A stretch of DNA of 64,000 bases from an uncultured Methanosarcinales archaeon (GTDB lineage Archaea > Halobacteriota > Methanosarcinia > Methanotrichales > Methanotrichaceae), in the NCBI GenBank assembly GCA_963843555.1, contig CAWJKV010000005.1, positions 289,849 to 353,848 of the forward strand. The letters are read 5' to 3'. The notes below the pieces were generated by a model. That model did not search any database. It had not been told where the DNA came from and was given only the letters and a program-made list of their open reading frames with translations. How positions within the stretch are numbered: position 1 is the stretch's first letter; each line of letters starts with the position of its first letter. A program made the position numbers and the translations under genes. Below, piece by piece: positions 32,810 through 44,386 of the stretch.

Positions 32810-33124
32810 ATGGGAAAGTTCAAGGCAGCCTTCATGTTTGTAACGCCGGATTCCGATCCAAAGACGCACCGGACGAGTCTATCCACACCAGAGGTATTGG
32901 ACCTGGTGGTCGTGGGAGTCAAAGACTACGATCAAGCAGCCCGCGTAGCCAGGGAGCTGGTGGACCAGGGTGTGACAGCCATCGAGCTGTGCGGCGGTTT
33001 CGGCCAGATCGGAGTGGCCAGGGTGGCAGAGGCAGTGGGAGACAAGGCCTTTGTGGGAGTTGTCCGGTTTGATCGCCATCCCGGTTTGGGTTACAAGAGT
33101 GGAGATGAGCTTTTCGTAAAATAG
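32810..33124 (+). CDS. Conserved hypothetical protein (DUF6506-like)
   Basis: FKAAFMF, IELCGGFG and VGVVRFD.HPGL. Confidence 0.75.
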   Translation: MGKFKAAFMFVTPDSDPKTHRTSLSTPEVLDLVVVGVKDYDQAARVARELVDQGVTAIELCGGFGQIGVARVAEAVGDKAFVGVVRFDRHPGLGYKSGDELFVK

Positions 33125-33182
33125 GGAATCGTCTCCATATTCGATAGGCGGCTATTTATTCCAGGAAGCCGTACTAATCAAT

Positions 33183-34073
33183 ATGTTTGAATTCGAAGTG
33201 ATAGGGAGCGTCCGAAACTGTGCAGACGCCAATGCCCTGCAACTTCTCGCTCTTTTCAAAGACAGCATAAGCGAAATCCAGCTTGACGGGAAGGAAGATC
33301 GTTCTAAATATTTTCATCAGCAATATTCTCACTACTTCGTTGTCCACACCCCGCTTGATATAGAGTATCCGGAGCATGGCCTGGAATGGACCAGGCGCTT
33401 TTGCGGACATGCCGGGGTCTCGGTTGTTGAATTGATAAGAACTGGAAGCGACAAGATCTATGTCAAAGGGCTCATGGCCCAGAACGGGTCAGAGGTCTAT
33501 GCAGTTCTTCCTTTTACCCACATCGATTCCGCCGCATTGAAGAACGTGAATTTCCCGAAACCCCGGCCAGTGGCCACAAGAGATCGAGTCTGGCCTGCCG
33601 TCCTTGCGGAGATTCAGGGGAGGCGTATCCTGGATGTCGGCTGCGGTTTTGGGAAGCTGACTCTTGACGTTGCCGTGCAGAGCCCGGACTCAAAGGTCTT
33701 CGGGATCGATCTTCTGGATTCCCTCACTGAGCAGGCCGGGATGAATGCCGCAGTCCTCGGCATCCTCAACGTCGAGTTCAAGACCGCAAGCGCCTATGCT
33801 CTGCCCTTTGAAGATGGTTCATTTGAAACCGTGTTCTCTTTCTTTATGCTCCATCATCTGGATGAGATTCCCAGAGGTTTGAAGGAAATCCGGCGGGTGC
33901 TGCAAGATGAGGGGAGATTTACGGCCGCTGAGCCGATCGGTCACCACCACGGTCCAGACTACTCTGCAACGGACTGGGAGAGGATCTTTGCAGAAGCAGG
34001 CTTTAAGGCAGAAGCTGAAGAAAGAGATGGGGCCTTGATAATCAGGGCCCGGAAAACTGGTGAAAAAGGATAG
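33183..34073 (+). CDS. Degenerate TsaA/TrmO-like domain fused to a class I SAM methyltransferase
   Basis: N-terminal 'VIGSVRN..SEI..VSVVEL..IYVKGL..NGS.V'; C-terminal ILDVGCGFG, LPFEDGSF and MLHHL. Confidence 0.75.
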   Translation: MFEFEVIGSVRNCADANALQLLALFKDSISEIQLDGKEDRSKYFHQQYSHYFVVHTPLDIEYPEHGLEWTRRFCGHAGVSVVELIRTGSDKIYVKGLMAQNGSEVYAVLPFTHIDSAALKNVNFPKPRPVATRDRVWPAVLAEIQGRRILDVGCGFGKLTLDVAVQSPDSKVFGIDLLDSLTEQAGMNAAVLGILNVEFKTASAYALPFEDGSFETVFSFFMLHHLDEIPRGLKEIRRVLQDEGRFTAAEPIGHHHGPDYSATDWERIFAEAGFKAEAEERDGALIIRARKTGEKG

Positions 34074-34105
34074 GAATCGATGAGCTGGAAGGTAGTTGGG
34101 AGGCT

Positions 34106-35060
34106 GTGAGTTTGGTGGATCTCTTCGGCAAAAAGAAGCTGGAAGACCGCATTTTGGAGCTGGAGGCGGCAAAAGCCGCGCTGGAGCAGCGAGAAGGAGG
34201 AGCTCATGCGCACTCTGGAGAAGCGCGAGGAGAAGATTCGTAGACTTGCCAGCGCCAATCAGGAGGCCAATTTAGCCCTGAAAGCTATGGAGCAAAAAGC
34301 GGCGTCAACATCGGCGGTTTCACTAACACCCGCGGCAGCCGCAGAGTATGGCCAGGAAAGGCTGCCCAAATCATGGAAGCTCAGTTTCCGGGAGCTGGAT
34401 ATGCTCATGCAGAGACTCAAAGCCTGCCGCTCTCCTAAAGAGGATCTACTGGTCGCCAGCTTTCCCGGAACAATACCTGAGGATGCAGGCATTCCTCTGC
34501 AAATAAGAACGGCAGCCATGAACGTCAAGTCTCAACGGGGCAGGATGGTCCTTTATTATCCGCAGCTTTTTGCGTTGCTCCTTATTCCACCCTTTCCCAT
34601 CCAGGAGAGTGCATCATGGGAAGCCGGCACCTTCCAGCTTGGCCTCGTTTCGGAGATGATGGAAACCCCGGTTTTGGTCGTCTCTGCCCATGCAGGAGAC
34701 ACCTTCCTGGGGGTGGCCATGAGCCGGGAGGGCTTCGAGGTGAAGGAGCTTGTGGAAAGCCAGGTGAAAGAGAAGCACTCCAAAGGCGGATGGAGCCAGA
34801 AGAGGTTTGAAAGGCTGCGGGAGGAAGACGTCAAGAATCACGTCGATGCAGTCCTGGAAAAGCTTTCGGTGCTCCTGGGCAAGTATGGAACTATCGTCAA
34901 ATACGCAGTCCTTGGTGGAGACGAGAGCCTCATCAGACAGATCACGCCCTCCATAGGTCTGCCATTGGTTGAGCGAAGGCTGGAGCCACATGATGAAAAA
35001 GAGCTCGATTCGCTATTAGAAGAGGTCTATGGCTTTACATGCTACCGGATTGAGATATGA
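34106..35060 (+). CDS. Vms1/acVLRF1-type release-factor-like peptidyl-tRNA hydrolase, 5' frameshift near 34195
   Basis: VKEKHSKGGWSQKRFERLRE and LGGD; N-terminal coiled coil. Confidence 0.8.
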
Positions 35061-35910
35061 TTATGGTTGAGAACAGTGTCGGCAAGAAGGAAGAAGATAG
35101 AGTTGATCCGGAAGAGCTCTCTCATTCCTGGGACTGGCATGTGCGCCGAAAGCTGGCCTGGAATCCTGACACTCCAGAGGAGATCCTGATTGTCCTGGCC
35201 CGGGATAAGGTGCAGTGGGTGAGAGAAGCAGTGGCAGGAAATGCCCGAGCGACGCCGTCGACCCTGGCCCTGCTGGCCGAGGACAGCTCAGGCTTTGTAA
35301 GGTCTGCTGTGGCTCTGAACAGCCACGCCACAGAGGAGATGCTGGAAATGCTGGCTGCGGACGAGATGGTGGACTATGACAGCACCCTGCAAAAGAACCG
35401 GTATCTTGTAAAGGAGGCAGTGGCAAGAAATCCTCATATCAACTCTGAGACGCTGGCATTTCTCGCCCGTGATTATGATGAGCATGTCCGCGCCTCGGCT
35501 GCATCTAACGCTCTGCTGAGCTATGATCTCATGAGCAAGATGGTCAAGGATGTGAGCTGGCTGGTCCGGAACAACATCGCCAGAAATCCGTCCACTCCGG
35601 AGGATCTCCTTGTCTATCTTTCCGCAGACAGGATTATGGATGTGCGGGTTACAGCAGCCCAGAATCCCCGCACTCCCGCACAGGCGCTGGCGGGGCTGGC
35701 AGCTGATAAAAGCTGGGAGGTCAGGGAGACTGTGGCCGGCAACCCCAAGCTGGAGGGATCAAGGTTCTGGAGGAACTTGCCGGCCACTGGTCCTGGATGG
35801 TGAGAGAGGCAGTGGCGAAGAATCCCAATACGCCTGCAGAGACGCTAAAAAAACTGGCCGAGGATCCCGATCAGAGCGTGCAGAAGGCGGCCAGGAGTCG
35901 AACAGGCTAA
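35057..35910 (+). CDS. HEAT/LRV-repeat protein, frameshift near 35755
   Basis: Repeated 'VR..VA.NP.TP...L..LA.D'. Confidence 0.85.
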
Positions 35911-35979
35911 ACGCGAGCAGGTTAAATTGATGATATATCGAGATCATCACCGATCTATGTTCATCCGACCTACTAACCT

Positions 35980-36732
35980 TCACGAAATTGCCGGTCCAGG
36001 TGGTCCCGTATCTCCTGCACTGCCCCAGCCAGCACCTCTTTGGTTGTCGTACTCCTGCACCATCTTCTCCAGATCCGAACCTGATTCTATAGAGAGTCTT
36101 CTTACCTGCTCCGTCAGATTGGGCACCGCCCGGAGGATGTTGTCCACGATGCTCACGGTGGCTTTTCGTGCCGTCCTGGAGAGGGGATTGAGATCGATGG
36201 CAATAACCTTCTTTCCCATAGCCACCAGGGCCTCGCAGCGGTCTCCGTCCTCCAGGGGGATGAGGACCACATCGGCGTCGTAGATCCCGCCCCGGGTTGC
36301 TAGCGCACGCGCGTGCTCCAGTCCGGGAACCGAGGCATCGGGATTCTCTCCCAGCACATTTTCTGCTCCGTGCTGTCGCAGGAGATCAGCAATCAGCTTT
36401 ACCCGTTCCTCTGACCGGTGAAAGAGATTCACCTCCAGAGGAGCGCCCAAGACGGCCGCCAGGCCCACCATCTCTTCCGGGACCAGAGCTGCCACATTTC
36501 CGTTGACCGAGAGCGCCGGACGTTTCGCCAGAAGCAGAAGTGCGGCGGCCGCCAGCGTGGCGTCTCCAGCCGATGAGGTCGTCCTCTCTCCCAGGAGGTA
36601 GTCAAAGCATTCTCCTCTGCCCTGAGCAATCAGTCCCTGGTTGCTGGTAAATCCTTTCTTCACGCCTTCTGCCACTCGCTCGCGAGCCACCAACGAAGCA
36701 TATCTGGGATGAGATTTGGGAATATCAGTCAA
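35980..36732 (-). CDS. 4-phosphopantoate--beta-alanine ligase (phosphopantothenate synthetase)
   Basis: IPKSHPRY, AQGRGECFDYLLGE, SVNGN, PLEDGDR and IDLNPLSRT; C-terminus probably frameshifted. Confidence 0.93.
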   Translation of the reverse strand: MTDIPKSHPRYASLVARERVAEGVKKGFTSNQGLIAQGRGECFDYLLGERTTSSAGDATLAAAALLLLAKRPALSVNGNVAALVPEEMVGLAAVLGAPLEVNLFHRSEERVKLIADLLRQHGAENVLGENPDASVPGLEHARALATRGGIYDADVVLIPLEDGDRCEALVAMGKKVIAIDLNPLSRTARKATVSIVDNILRAVPNLTEQVRRLSIESGSDLEKMVQEYDNQRGAGWGSAGDTGPPGPAIS

Positions 36733-37596
36733 GATTAGCACCTCTCTGGGAGATGGTAGTAGTATGAACCTGGCCGAAGCTCTTCAGGGCTTCAGCTCCG
36801 CCAAAGGCAAAGACTGCGTCCCCCAGCATGATCATGCTCGCCATTCCGCCTGCCGCCTCCACCGCCTCGATGGCGTCCAGGGCCCAGTCGCTGGCCAGGC
36901 CCGACTGCACTGTGAAGCGCCGGGAAAGCTGCATGAAATCCCGCAGAGTCGGCCTCTTCAAGAGCTCTTTCAGAGCCGCATGGCCTGCCTCATTGACCGA
37001 TGCCATGACATCCTCATCGGAGAGCACGTCTCTGGTGGAGATAGGGCCCCGGACCACGTAATCCACCGGCAAGGGCGGTACCGGTATTCGATCGATGCGG
37101 CCAATGCCAGGGGCGCCGGGCTCCAGGCGAACCACTAACCCGCCCATATTCTGGGCGATGACGTCTCCCAGACCCGTTCCATTGACAACCTCGGCTGCGT
37201 GGGCAAAGCATGCCGCCTGGTCTGCCGTCAGTCCGAGATCGAAGTGGCTATTCAGTGCATAGGCGCACCCCAGGGCACCCGCGCCGCTGGCCCCAAAGCC
37301 TGCTCCGAAGGGCATCTGCAGCTCCGTCTTCACCCGGACGGGCTTTTTCGCCAGCTTCTCCACCACGAACCTGGATACGGGAGCTTCAGATACTGCACCA
37401 TTGAGAACAATTTCCGTATCCTGGATCTCCGGGGCGGATTCTATGATGGTAGTGGCGCCCAAGAAGAGACAGAGGCCGCAGCCTATGGAGCCGGAGCGCA
37501 GCGGGTCGTCTCTGCGATGAGCTGCAAAAAAACCGGTGATATGAGAGGGAACCCAGGCCCTGGTCTGCGCAGGTTTCGCATTTTCGCAGGTTTCAT
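36725..37596 (-). CDS. Pantoate kinase (GHMP family), frameshifted in the 5' part
   Basis: PSHITGFF, GSIGCG, PFGAGFGASGAGAL, TGLGDV and ASMIMLG. Confidence 0.9.
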
Positions 37597-37601
37597 AAAG
37601 C

Positions 37602-38798
37602 TCATAAGACCTCTACCAGGGCGTCGATGATGCTCTTGGCAATCAGGCTCTTCTTTCCTGCGACCTCTCGATGCTGGCCGGATCTGTCGACTATCAGAAC
37701 TCTGTTATCATCCGTGCCCATGCCGCCCCGGGAGACGTCGTTGGCCACGACCAGATCCAGCTTTGCCCCCTGGAGGGACTCTTCGGCTCTGGCCAGCAGC
37801 TCTTCGTCGCTGGCATTGGTCTCGGCCTTGAAGCCCACGATCTTGAGATCCGGATAAGCCTCTCGCACTGTTTTGATTATCTTTTTGGTGGGCTTGAGCT
37901 GAAGCACCAGATCCTGGCCGGACTTGATCTTGTCCGCATTCGCATCCAGTGTATAGTCGGCGACTGCCGCGGCGCTGATCAGGGCATCGCAGCCCAGCTT
38001 GAGCTCACCCAGGACGGCATCGAGCATCTCAGCAGCGCTCTCGGCATAGACCTGGCGCACAGGCACGTCCTGAAGGAAGCGGTGCACCAGCGTCACCTCT
38101 GCCCCACGTCGCCGGGCCTCCAGCGCCAGGGCTATGCCCGTCTTGCCTGAGGCCCGGTTGGTGAGGATGCGGATGGGGTCGACGACCTCTGCATTGGAGC
38201 CGCTGGTGATGAGGATCCTCTTGCCCTGCAAATCGCCGGGCCCCAGCAGCCTTTCCACCTCCCGTACGACCTGCAGGTTGTCGGCAATCTTGGCCTTGCC
38301 CTCTTCCATCCGGGGGTCGATCAGTGTGACGCCCATTTTTCGTAAGGCTTCCAGATTCCTGAGCACAGCAGGATGGCGGTACATGGCCTCATGCATGGCC
38401 GGCACAACAGCGACAGGCTTGTTGCTGCCCAGGGCTGTGGTGGCGAAGGTTGTTACGGGCGTGTCATCGATGCCGCAGGCCATCTTGCCGATGGTGTTGG
38501 CAGTGGCGGGCGCGACCAGAAATAAGTCTGCCTTTCCATCCACGCCGCAAAACTCCACATGCTCCACCCGGCCGGTTATCTCGGTTATGACCGGATGGGT
38601 GGTGGCATACTCCAGGGCGTAAGGATGCAGGATCTGCTGCGCGGCCTTGCTCATGGTGCAGTGAACCTCTGCGCCGCGCCGGATGAGGTCGCGAATGAGG
38701 TCCACGACCCGCACAGCGGCTATGCTGCCTGTTACTCCCACTACTATCGTCTTTCCCGAAAGCGTATCGCTTACAGAGCCTGAGATGTCGGAAGGCAT
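37602..38798 (-). CDS. coaBC: Bifunctional phosphopantothenoylcysteine decarboxylase/synthase
   Basis: GVTGSIAA, APATANTIGK, PAMH, TNRASGKTG, AAAVADY, VGFKAE and VAND. Confidence 0.96.
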   Translation of the reverse strand: MPSDISGSVSDTLSGKTIVVGVTGSIAAVRVVDLIRDLIRRGAEVHCTMSKAAQQILHPYALEYATTHPVITEITGRVEHVEFCGVDGKADLFLVAPATANTIGKMACGIDDTPVTTFATTALGSNKPVAVVPAMHEAMYRHPAVLRNLEALRKMGVTLIDPRMEEGKAKIADNLQVVREVERLLGPGDLQGKRILITSGSNAEVVDPIRILTNRASGKTGIALALEARRRGAEVTLVHRFLQDVPVRQVYAESAAEMLDAVLGELKLGCDALISAAAVADYTLDANADKIKSGQDLVLQLKPTKKIIKTVREAYPDLKIVGFKAETNASDEELLARAEESLQGAKLDLVVANDVSRGGMGTDDNRVLIVDRSGQHREVAGKKSLIAKSIIDALVEVL

Positions 38799-38929
38799 AT
38801 TTGTCCTGCTGATCTGTGCAGTTACTAAAAGATGCTCTTTCCCCTCGCGGCCAGCGGGGCCGGGCGGGTGCCCCCGGGCCCTGGGAAGCACAAACCTTAT
38901 TTAACAATTCAATCGAGGGACTATGCCGT

Positions 38930-39033
38930 GCCGGGGTGGCCTAGTTGGTTAGGGCGCGAGACTCATAGGGTAAAAGCGTAGAACGCGCCTGAGTCATCTC
39001 GAAGTCGCGGGCTCGAATCCCGCCCCCGGCACC
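38930..39033 (+). tRNA. tRNA-Met(CAU), elongator type, with a 28-nt intron (38968-38995)
   Basis: GCCGGGG/CCCCGGC acceptor stem, CGAGA/TCTCG anticodon stem, BHB helix CTCA/TGAG; TATA CTTATTTAA upstream. Confidence 0.93.
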
Positions 39034-39400
39034 TTATTCTTAGTGAGTTATGAGTAGCATGGGGTCCATTTTATTTCTCAGGTGATCTCATTGGTAATCC
39101 ATCTAGATCCGCCAGTTCGACCTTGGAGGACTGATGGTTACGATGAGACTTTGATAAAGGCGATCCCTCTCGGAGAGCCTATTACCAAAGGCCGAAGTCA
39201 AGCGGTAAACAAGCAGCAATTCAAGTCATTTATTGATTCATCAAATTTAGCATTAAAGTATGTCAAAGTACAATTGAATATAATGAGGTCAGCCAAATCG
39301 GGCAGGTCAGCTTTGGCAGTTGCATTTAGGAGACAGGTTTTTAGAAGCATCCCACAAACCTTTTGGATATGGAGAAAGATCCATACTTGGAGGATGGCAA

Positions 39401-42400
39401 TTGGCAGCAACCACGGAGACAACTCAGACGGTCAACGTATTCAATAATAGTAGTCTTTTTTCAAATCATTACTTGGAGAATATGATCAAAGGGTCCCAGA
39501 ATGGGATGATGATGTTCATCTCCGTGAAGCATACCTGCAAATAAAAGAGATTTTCGAGCGGAAAGGGAAAAATTTCGAAAGGTACGTTGAGGCTGATCTG
39601 GAGCACAATTTGATCAGGCCAGTGTTTGACAAACTTGGTCATCATTACGGGGTTCAAGAAAGCGTGCATCATGACCCCCTGAAACCCGACTATGCCTTCT
39701 TTCCAGATAAATCGACGCTGGATGAGGCTTATTCCCACAAGAAAGACTCAGAAGGTTTCTATAAAAAAGCCATTGTCGTAGGGGATGCAAAAGCGTGGAA
39801 TGTAGCATTGGACAAGAGCCGCCAGGGGAAAGCTCTGAGAGACATGGCCAACCCAAGCTATCAGATTGACAACTATCTGCGAGCGACCCCAGCGAAGTGG
39901 GCGATTCTAACCAACGGGAGAATGTGGAGGCTTTACCACGAAGACACCAGCGTCAAGATGGACTGTTACTATGAGGTAAATCTTCCTGAGCTGATCAACA
40001 AGATCGAGGAGAGCGGCGATATCACTATTTTCAAGTATTTTTATCTCTTCTTTCGGCTGGAAGCCTTCCCCCAAGTTCCGCTCGGTTCATCTTTCCTGGA
40101 TAGAGTAAGAGAAGAGAGCGCGGCATATGCCCAGAAGGTTGGAAACGATCTGCAAGAGAATGTCTATAAAGCAATGAAGGTCCTGGCTGAAGGTTTTTTT
40201 GCAGAGCAATCGAACTCGTTGTCCCATGCGTTGGAAGACATAAGGGATGTGCAGGATAACTCCATGCGCCTGCTTTATCGCCTGCTATTCATCTTCTATG
40301 CAGAGAGCAGGAAGCTCCTCAACACCGACAACAAACACTACAGGGAAATGAGTCTACGCAAGCTGAAGGAGGAGATCTCCGAAAAGATGGATCAGGGCGA
40401 GACGCTGCTGGCGGTTAGGTCAACTTACTGGGAAGGATTAAAGGACCTTTTCCGCCTCATAAACGATGGTAGTGAAGCCTTCGGCTATTCCAAGGAAGAG
40501 TTCTACATACCGGCATACAATGGCGGGCTCTTCGATCCTACGAAAAATCCTTTTCTCTCTCGAAAGAAGATAGGAAACTCATATCTGGCAGAGGCCATTG
40601 ACCTTCTGGCGCGGTCCCCAGGCGAGGGAAAAATGGTTTTCGTTGATTATTCGTCCCTGGATATTCGGCACCTGGGATCGATCTATGAAGGCATTCTTGA
40701 GTACAAGCTGCACCTGGCCGAGGTGCCAATGGTGGCCGTCAAAGAGAAGGGCAAAGAGGTCTGGTTGCCCGCGGGCGAAGCGGCAAGAAATTCACCGATA
40801 GCGTGGAGGAAGGCGGCCTGTATTTGGTGACGGATAAGGGAGAGAGAAAGGCCACGGGATCCTTCTACACACCGGAATATATCGTGAAGCACCTGGTGAA
40901 AAACACTCTCTCACCGCTGATAGATCCGATGATGGAGGAAGCCATTTGGTCTGAGGACCTGCGGAAGGATCTTCTCAAGAAGCTGCTCTCCATAAAAGTT
41001 CTCGATCCGGCCATGGGGTCAGGTCATTTCCTGGTCGAGGCTACTGATTACATTGCCAGGGAGATAATTCATGCCAAAGAGATAGCCAGACATGAGGAGC
41101 TGGAATCGGAAGATATTGCGGAGAACGACATTCATTGGGCGCGCCGTGAGGTGGTCAGAAATTGCATCTACGGCGTGGACTTAAACCCCATGGCCGTGGA
41201 GCTGGCCAAATTATCGTTGTGGCTGACAACAGTTGCCTCCAACAAGCCGCTGAGCTTTTTGGACCACCACCTGAGATGCGGAAACAGCCTCATCGGTGCA
41301 GAGCTAAAGAATCTCACGGTCCTGCCCGGAAAAGATACAGGGCAGCCGCCGATGTGGGGCTTTGGAATAAAAGGCCACACCGATATTCTGCTCAGCAAAT
41401 ACAGCCTCATGGCGGCGCTGCCGGACGACAATTTGCAGATGGTCAAATGGAAAGAGGATCAGTTCCGCCAGATCAAGGAGTCGGAGCTCTCCCGCAGGCT
41501 GAACGAGCTTTCCAACGTCTGGCTATCCACGTTCTTTGGCAACAAAGTGAAGCGATGACGATTACTACGAGCTGCAAAACCACCTGAGCCCGGAGAAGTT
41601 TCCGGACTGGGCTGACCTGAGGGAGCGGGAGTGGTTCACGCGGGCGCAGGCCCTGGCAGGGGAAAAGCGGTTCTTTCACTGGGGGCTGGAGTTTCCGGAG
41701 GCGTTCCAGGGGGAGAAGCAGGGGATTCGATGTGGTGATCGGGAATCCTCCGTATGACGTTCTGGCTGAGAAAGAGCGAGAAGAAGATCTTTCTGATTTC
41801 CTAGGTTATATTAAGTCAAACAACGATTTAAATCCCGCACAAGGCAAGAAAATAGATTTATATCGCCTAATAGTTGCAAGGTCATGTTCAATTGCCCGCT
41901 CTGGTGCTGAGCTTGGTTTCATAGTTCCGATGTCTTTACTTGCAGATCAACAGACGGTTAATTTAAGAAAATATTTAGTTAAAAATTTTAGTATCAGTAG
42001 CATCGACGCATTTCCTCAAAAAGACGATCCCTCAAAAAGGGTCTTTCCTGAAGCAAAGCTGCCGACCTGCGTCGTCATATTTAGGAATTCAAGCCATGGT
42101 CATAGCAAAAAATCGTTTCCCGTTATTGTCCATCCTGGACGCCTGTTGAGTGAAATAACTGGGAGTTATGATTGTGATGAGGATCTTGCAGAGATGCTTG
42201 ATAGGGATTCTTTTCCAATTCCTTTGCTATCGTCAAATCTAGCAGCGAGTATCGTGAAAAAACTATATTCGTCGTCTCCACGAATATGTTTAATGGGAAA
42301 TCTGATTCAAACGTATCAAGGAGAAATCAATGAAACAAACCTGGCCTCGCTGTTAAGTACTAATCCATCTGTGGGCCCAAAGGTGACGAGGGGTGGAAAT

Positions 42401-43305
42401 GTTCAACGCTATGAGTTTATAAGCGAGGCTAGGCAGGGTATAGACAAATATATTAATGTTCAGAATTATGAGCTTCAAATCAAAGGCGAAAAAGCTGTTC
42501 ATACTAAATTGCACCGTATCGGTTATCAGCGCAATGCTGCACTGGATAGTTGGCGCCGCTTAATTTTTACAGTATTGCCTACGCCGTCATATTGTTTTGA
42601 TAGTGTTTCCTATTTCCTGATAAATGGGACAAAGGAATATGCTCTTCTTTCGATGCTCAACTCGGAATTGTACGAATGGAGATTCCGGCTTACAAGTTCA
42701 AATAACCATGTATCCACAAAGGAAATCGCAAGCCTGCCAGCAATTCAGTTCGTTTTCACCACCCCCGCGCCCGAGCGCGCCCGCCTGGGGGCGGAGCTGC
42801 GACAGCTCTACGCTGACGGCAAGCACGCCGAGATCCTGGCCCAGGTGGACGCCTGCCTGCCCAAAGACGAGGCGGGCAATTTCATCGCCGAGCAGGAACA
42901 GTCGGATGTGGTGCACGATCTCCTGGCCTTCCTGGCGGAAAGGATGCTGGAGATGAACAAGCAGAAGCAGAACGGAGATCAAAGGCTTCCTGGGCTGGCT
43001 GGAGAGCTACCTGGGAGCCAAGGTGGAGGACCTCACGCCCAAGACCAAAGCTGCAGGGCTACTACGAGCACGATTATGAGAGCTTCCTGGCGGTGCTCAA
43101 GAAGAACGGAAAGAAGCTGGCTATCGATCCGTCGCGCCGGGAGCCTGCGGAAGCATTGCGGGCCGAGTTCGAGGGTTCGCTGGGCAAGCTGAGGCCGCTG
43201 AGGGAGCGGATCGAGAGAACGGATAGGCTGATAGATGCGATGGTCTACGGGCTGTACGGGCTGACAGACGAGGAGATCAAGATTGTGGAAGGAGTTCATG
43301 AATGA
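39401..43305 (+). CDS. Type IIG (Eco57I-like) fused restriction endonuclease/N6-adenine methyltransferase, several frameshifts
   Basis: PDY..GDAK nuclease, ILTNGR.WRLY, YNGGLF, LGSIYE, RKATGSFYTP, DPAMGSGHF, GNPPY, TRD and terminal 'ID..VY.LYGLT.EEI.IVEG'. Confidence 0.9.
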
Positions 43306-43524
43306 TGAGGTTCAGAAGGCCGTGAATATTAGCTTCCATCGCGGCCATTTATCACAGCTCACCAAACGCATCAGCCATTGGCCCTACCACCAAGCCAGGA
43401 AGAGGCCAAGGCCAAGAGCTGGTGGCGGTTCTGGAGATAATCGACTTTAAAACAGATCTTGGTTCGAGCTCCTCTTGGCATAATGACCATAAAGGCCATA
43501 ACTCTTCAGGTCCATTTATTCTGT

Positions 43525-43833
43525 ATGCCAGCAGTACGTAAACCGGAAATTGTGTTAGACTCTCAAGCCCTCAAAGCTATAACGATTTGGAGTACGATAG
43601 AGGATAGAGACCCCGGAGACCTGATAAGCGAATTGATCTTAGAACATATGCCTCCTAGAGTGCAGGATGCATTAGGATTGGATCAAAATATGGCCACAAG
43701 GACAAAGACACTTAAACCCACCGAACCTCCGAGGCCAACAGCAACGAATAAACCAGAAACTGAAACAAAGTGCCATTTAGAAACCGAGATGCTCGAGTGC
43801 GAGCCAGAGCCGAAGAAGCCCCGGAAGAATTAG
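43525..43833 (+). CDS. Hypothetical island protein, possibly truncated
   Basis: ORF with an RHH-like start and low-complexity tail. Confidence 0.4.
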   Translation: MPAVRKPEIVLDSQALKAITIWSTIEDRDPGDLISELILEHMPPRVQDALGLDQNMATRTKTLKPTEPPRPTATNKPETETKCHLETEMLECEPEPKKPRKN

Positions 43834-44011
43834 CACACATGAACCCCAGGGACAGGCTTTATAGGCTCGATAAAGATAAGTACTTTGGCCAGAAATCAAG
43901 ATTAAACGACTATTTTCACATCGGGCGAATATAGGACGATGAATAAATATCTCTCAGTTCTAACCTTGGCGCTGTTCTTGAGTTCCCTGGCGGCCGGACA
44001 AAGGAGGGATT

Positions 44012-44386
44012 TCATCTGCAAAGGAAAATTTCATGTAAGTACCATCCATCCTCGGTTTTTTTGAAAACTATATGTGTCCATCGCCACTTCGAACCACATC
44101 CACCTATCGTAAACTCATTATTTTTGGGAAGATCTGCATCTAGATAATCTGGTGGGAAATCCGATTCTAAAAATTCCCATTTTATCATAGGTTTTAAGAT
44201 TTTTATATTTTCAAATAAAGTCGGGAAGAATAACTCTTTAGGCTTAATTTCGCATGCATTTATTAGAGTTTCAGCGTCATTATCATCTGCGCACTTTGAA
44301 ATAAAATCGATGGCACTCTGCAAATTTTGGAATTTTGGCCGTTCGCTAATATGTTTTGCATTCATGATTATATAACAAGCGTTCAT
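44012..44386 (-). CDS. Hypothetical AT-rich island protein
   Basis: 124-aa open frame in AT-rich DNA. Confidence 0.55.
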   Translation of the reverse strand: MNACYIIMNAKHISERPKFQNLQSAIDFISKCADDNDAETLINACEIKPKELFFPTLFENIKILKPMIKWEFLESDFPPDYLDADLPKNNEFTIGGCGSKWRWTHIVFKKTEDGWYLHEIFLCR

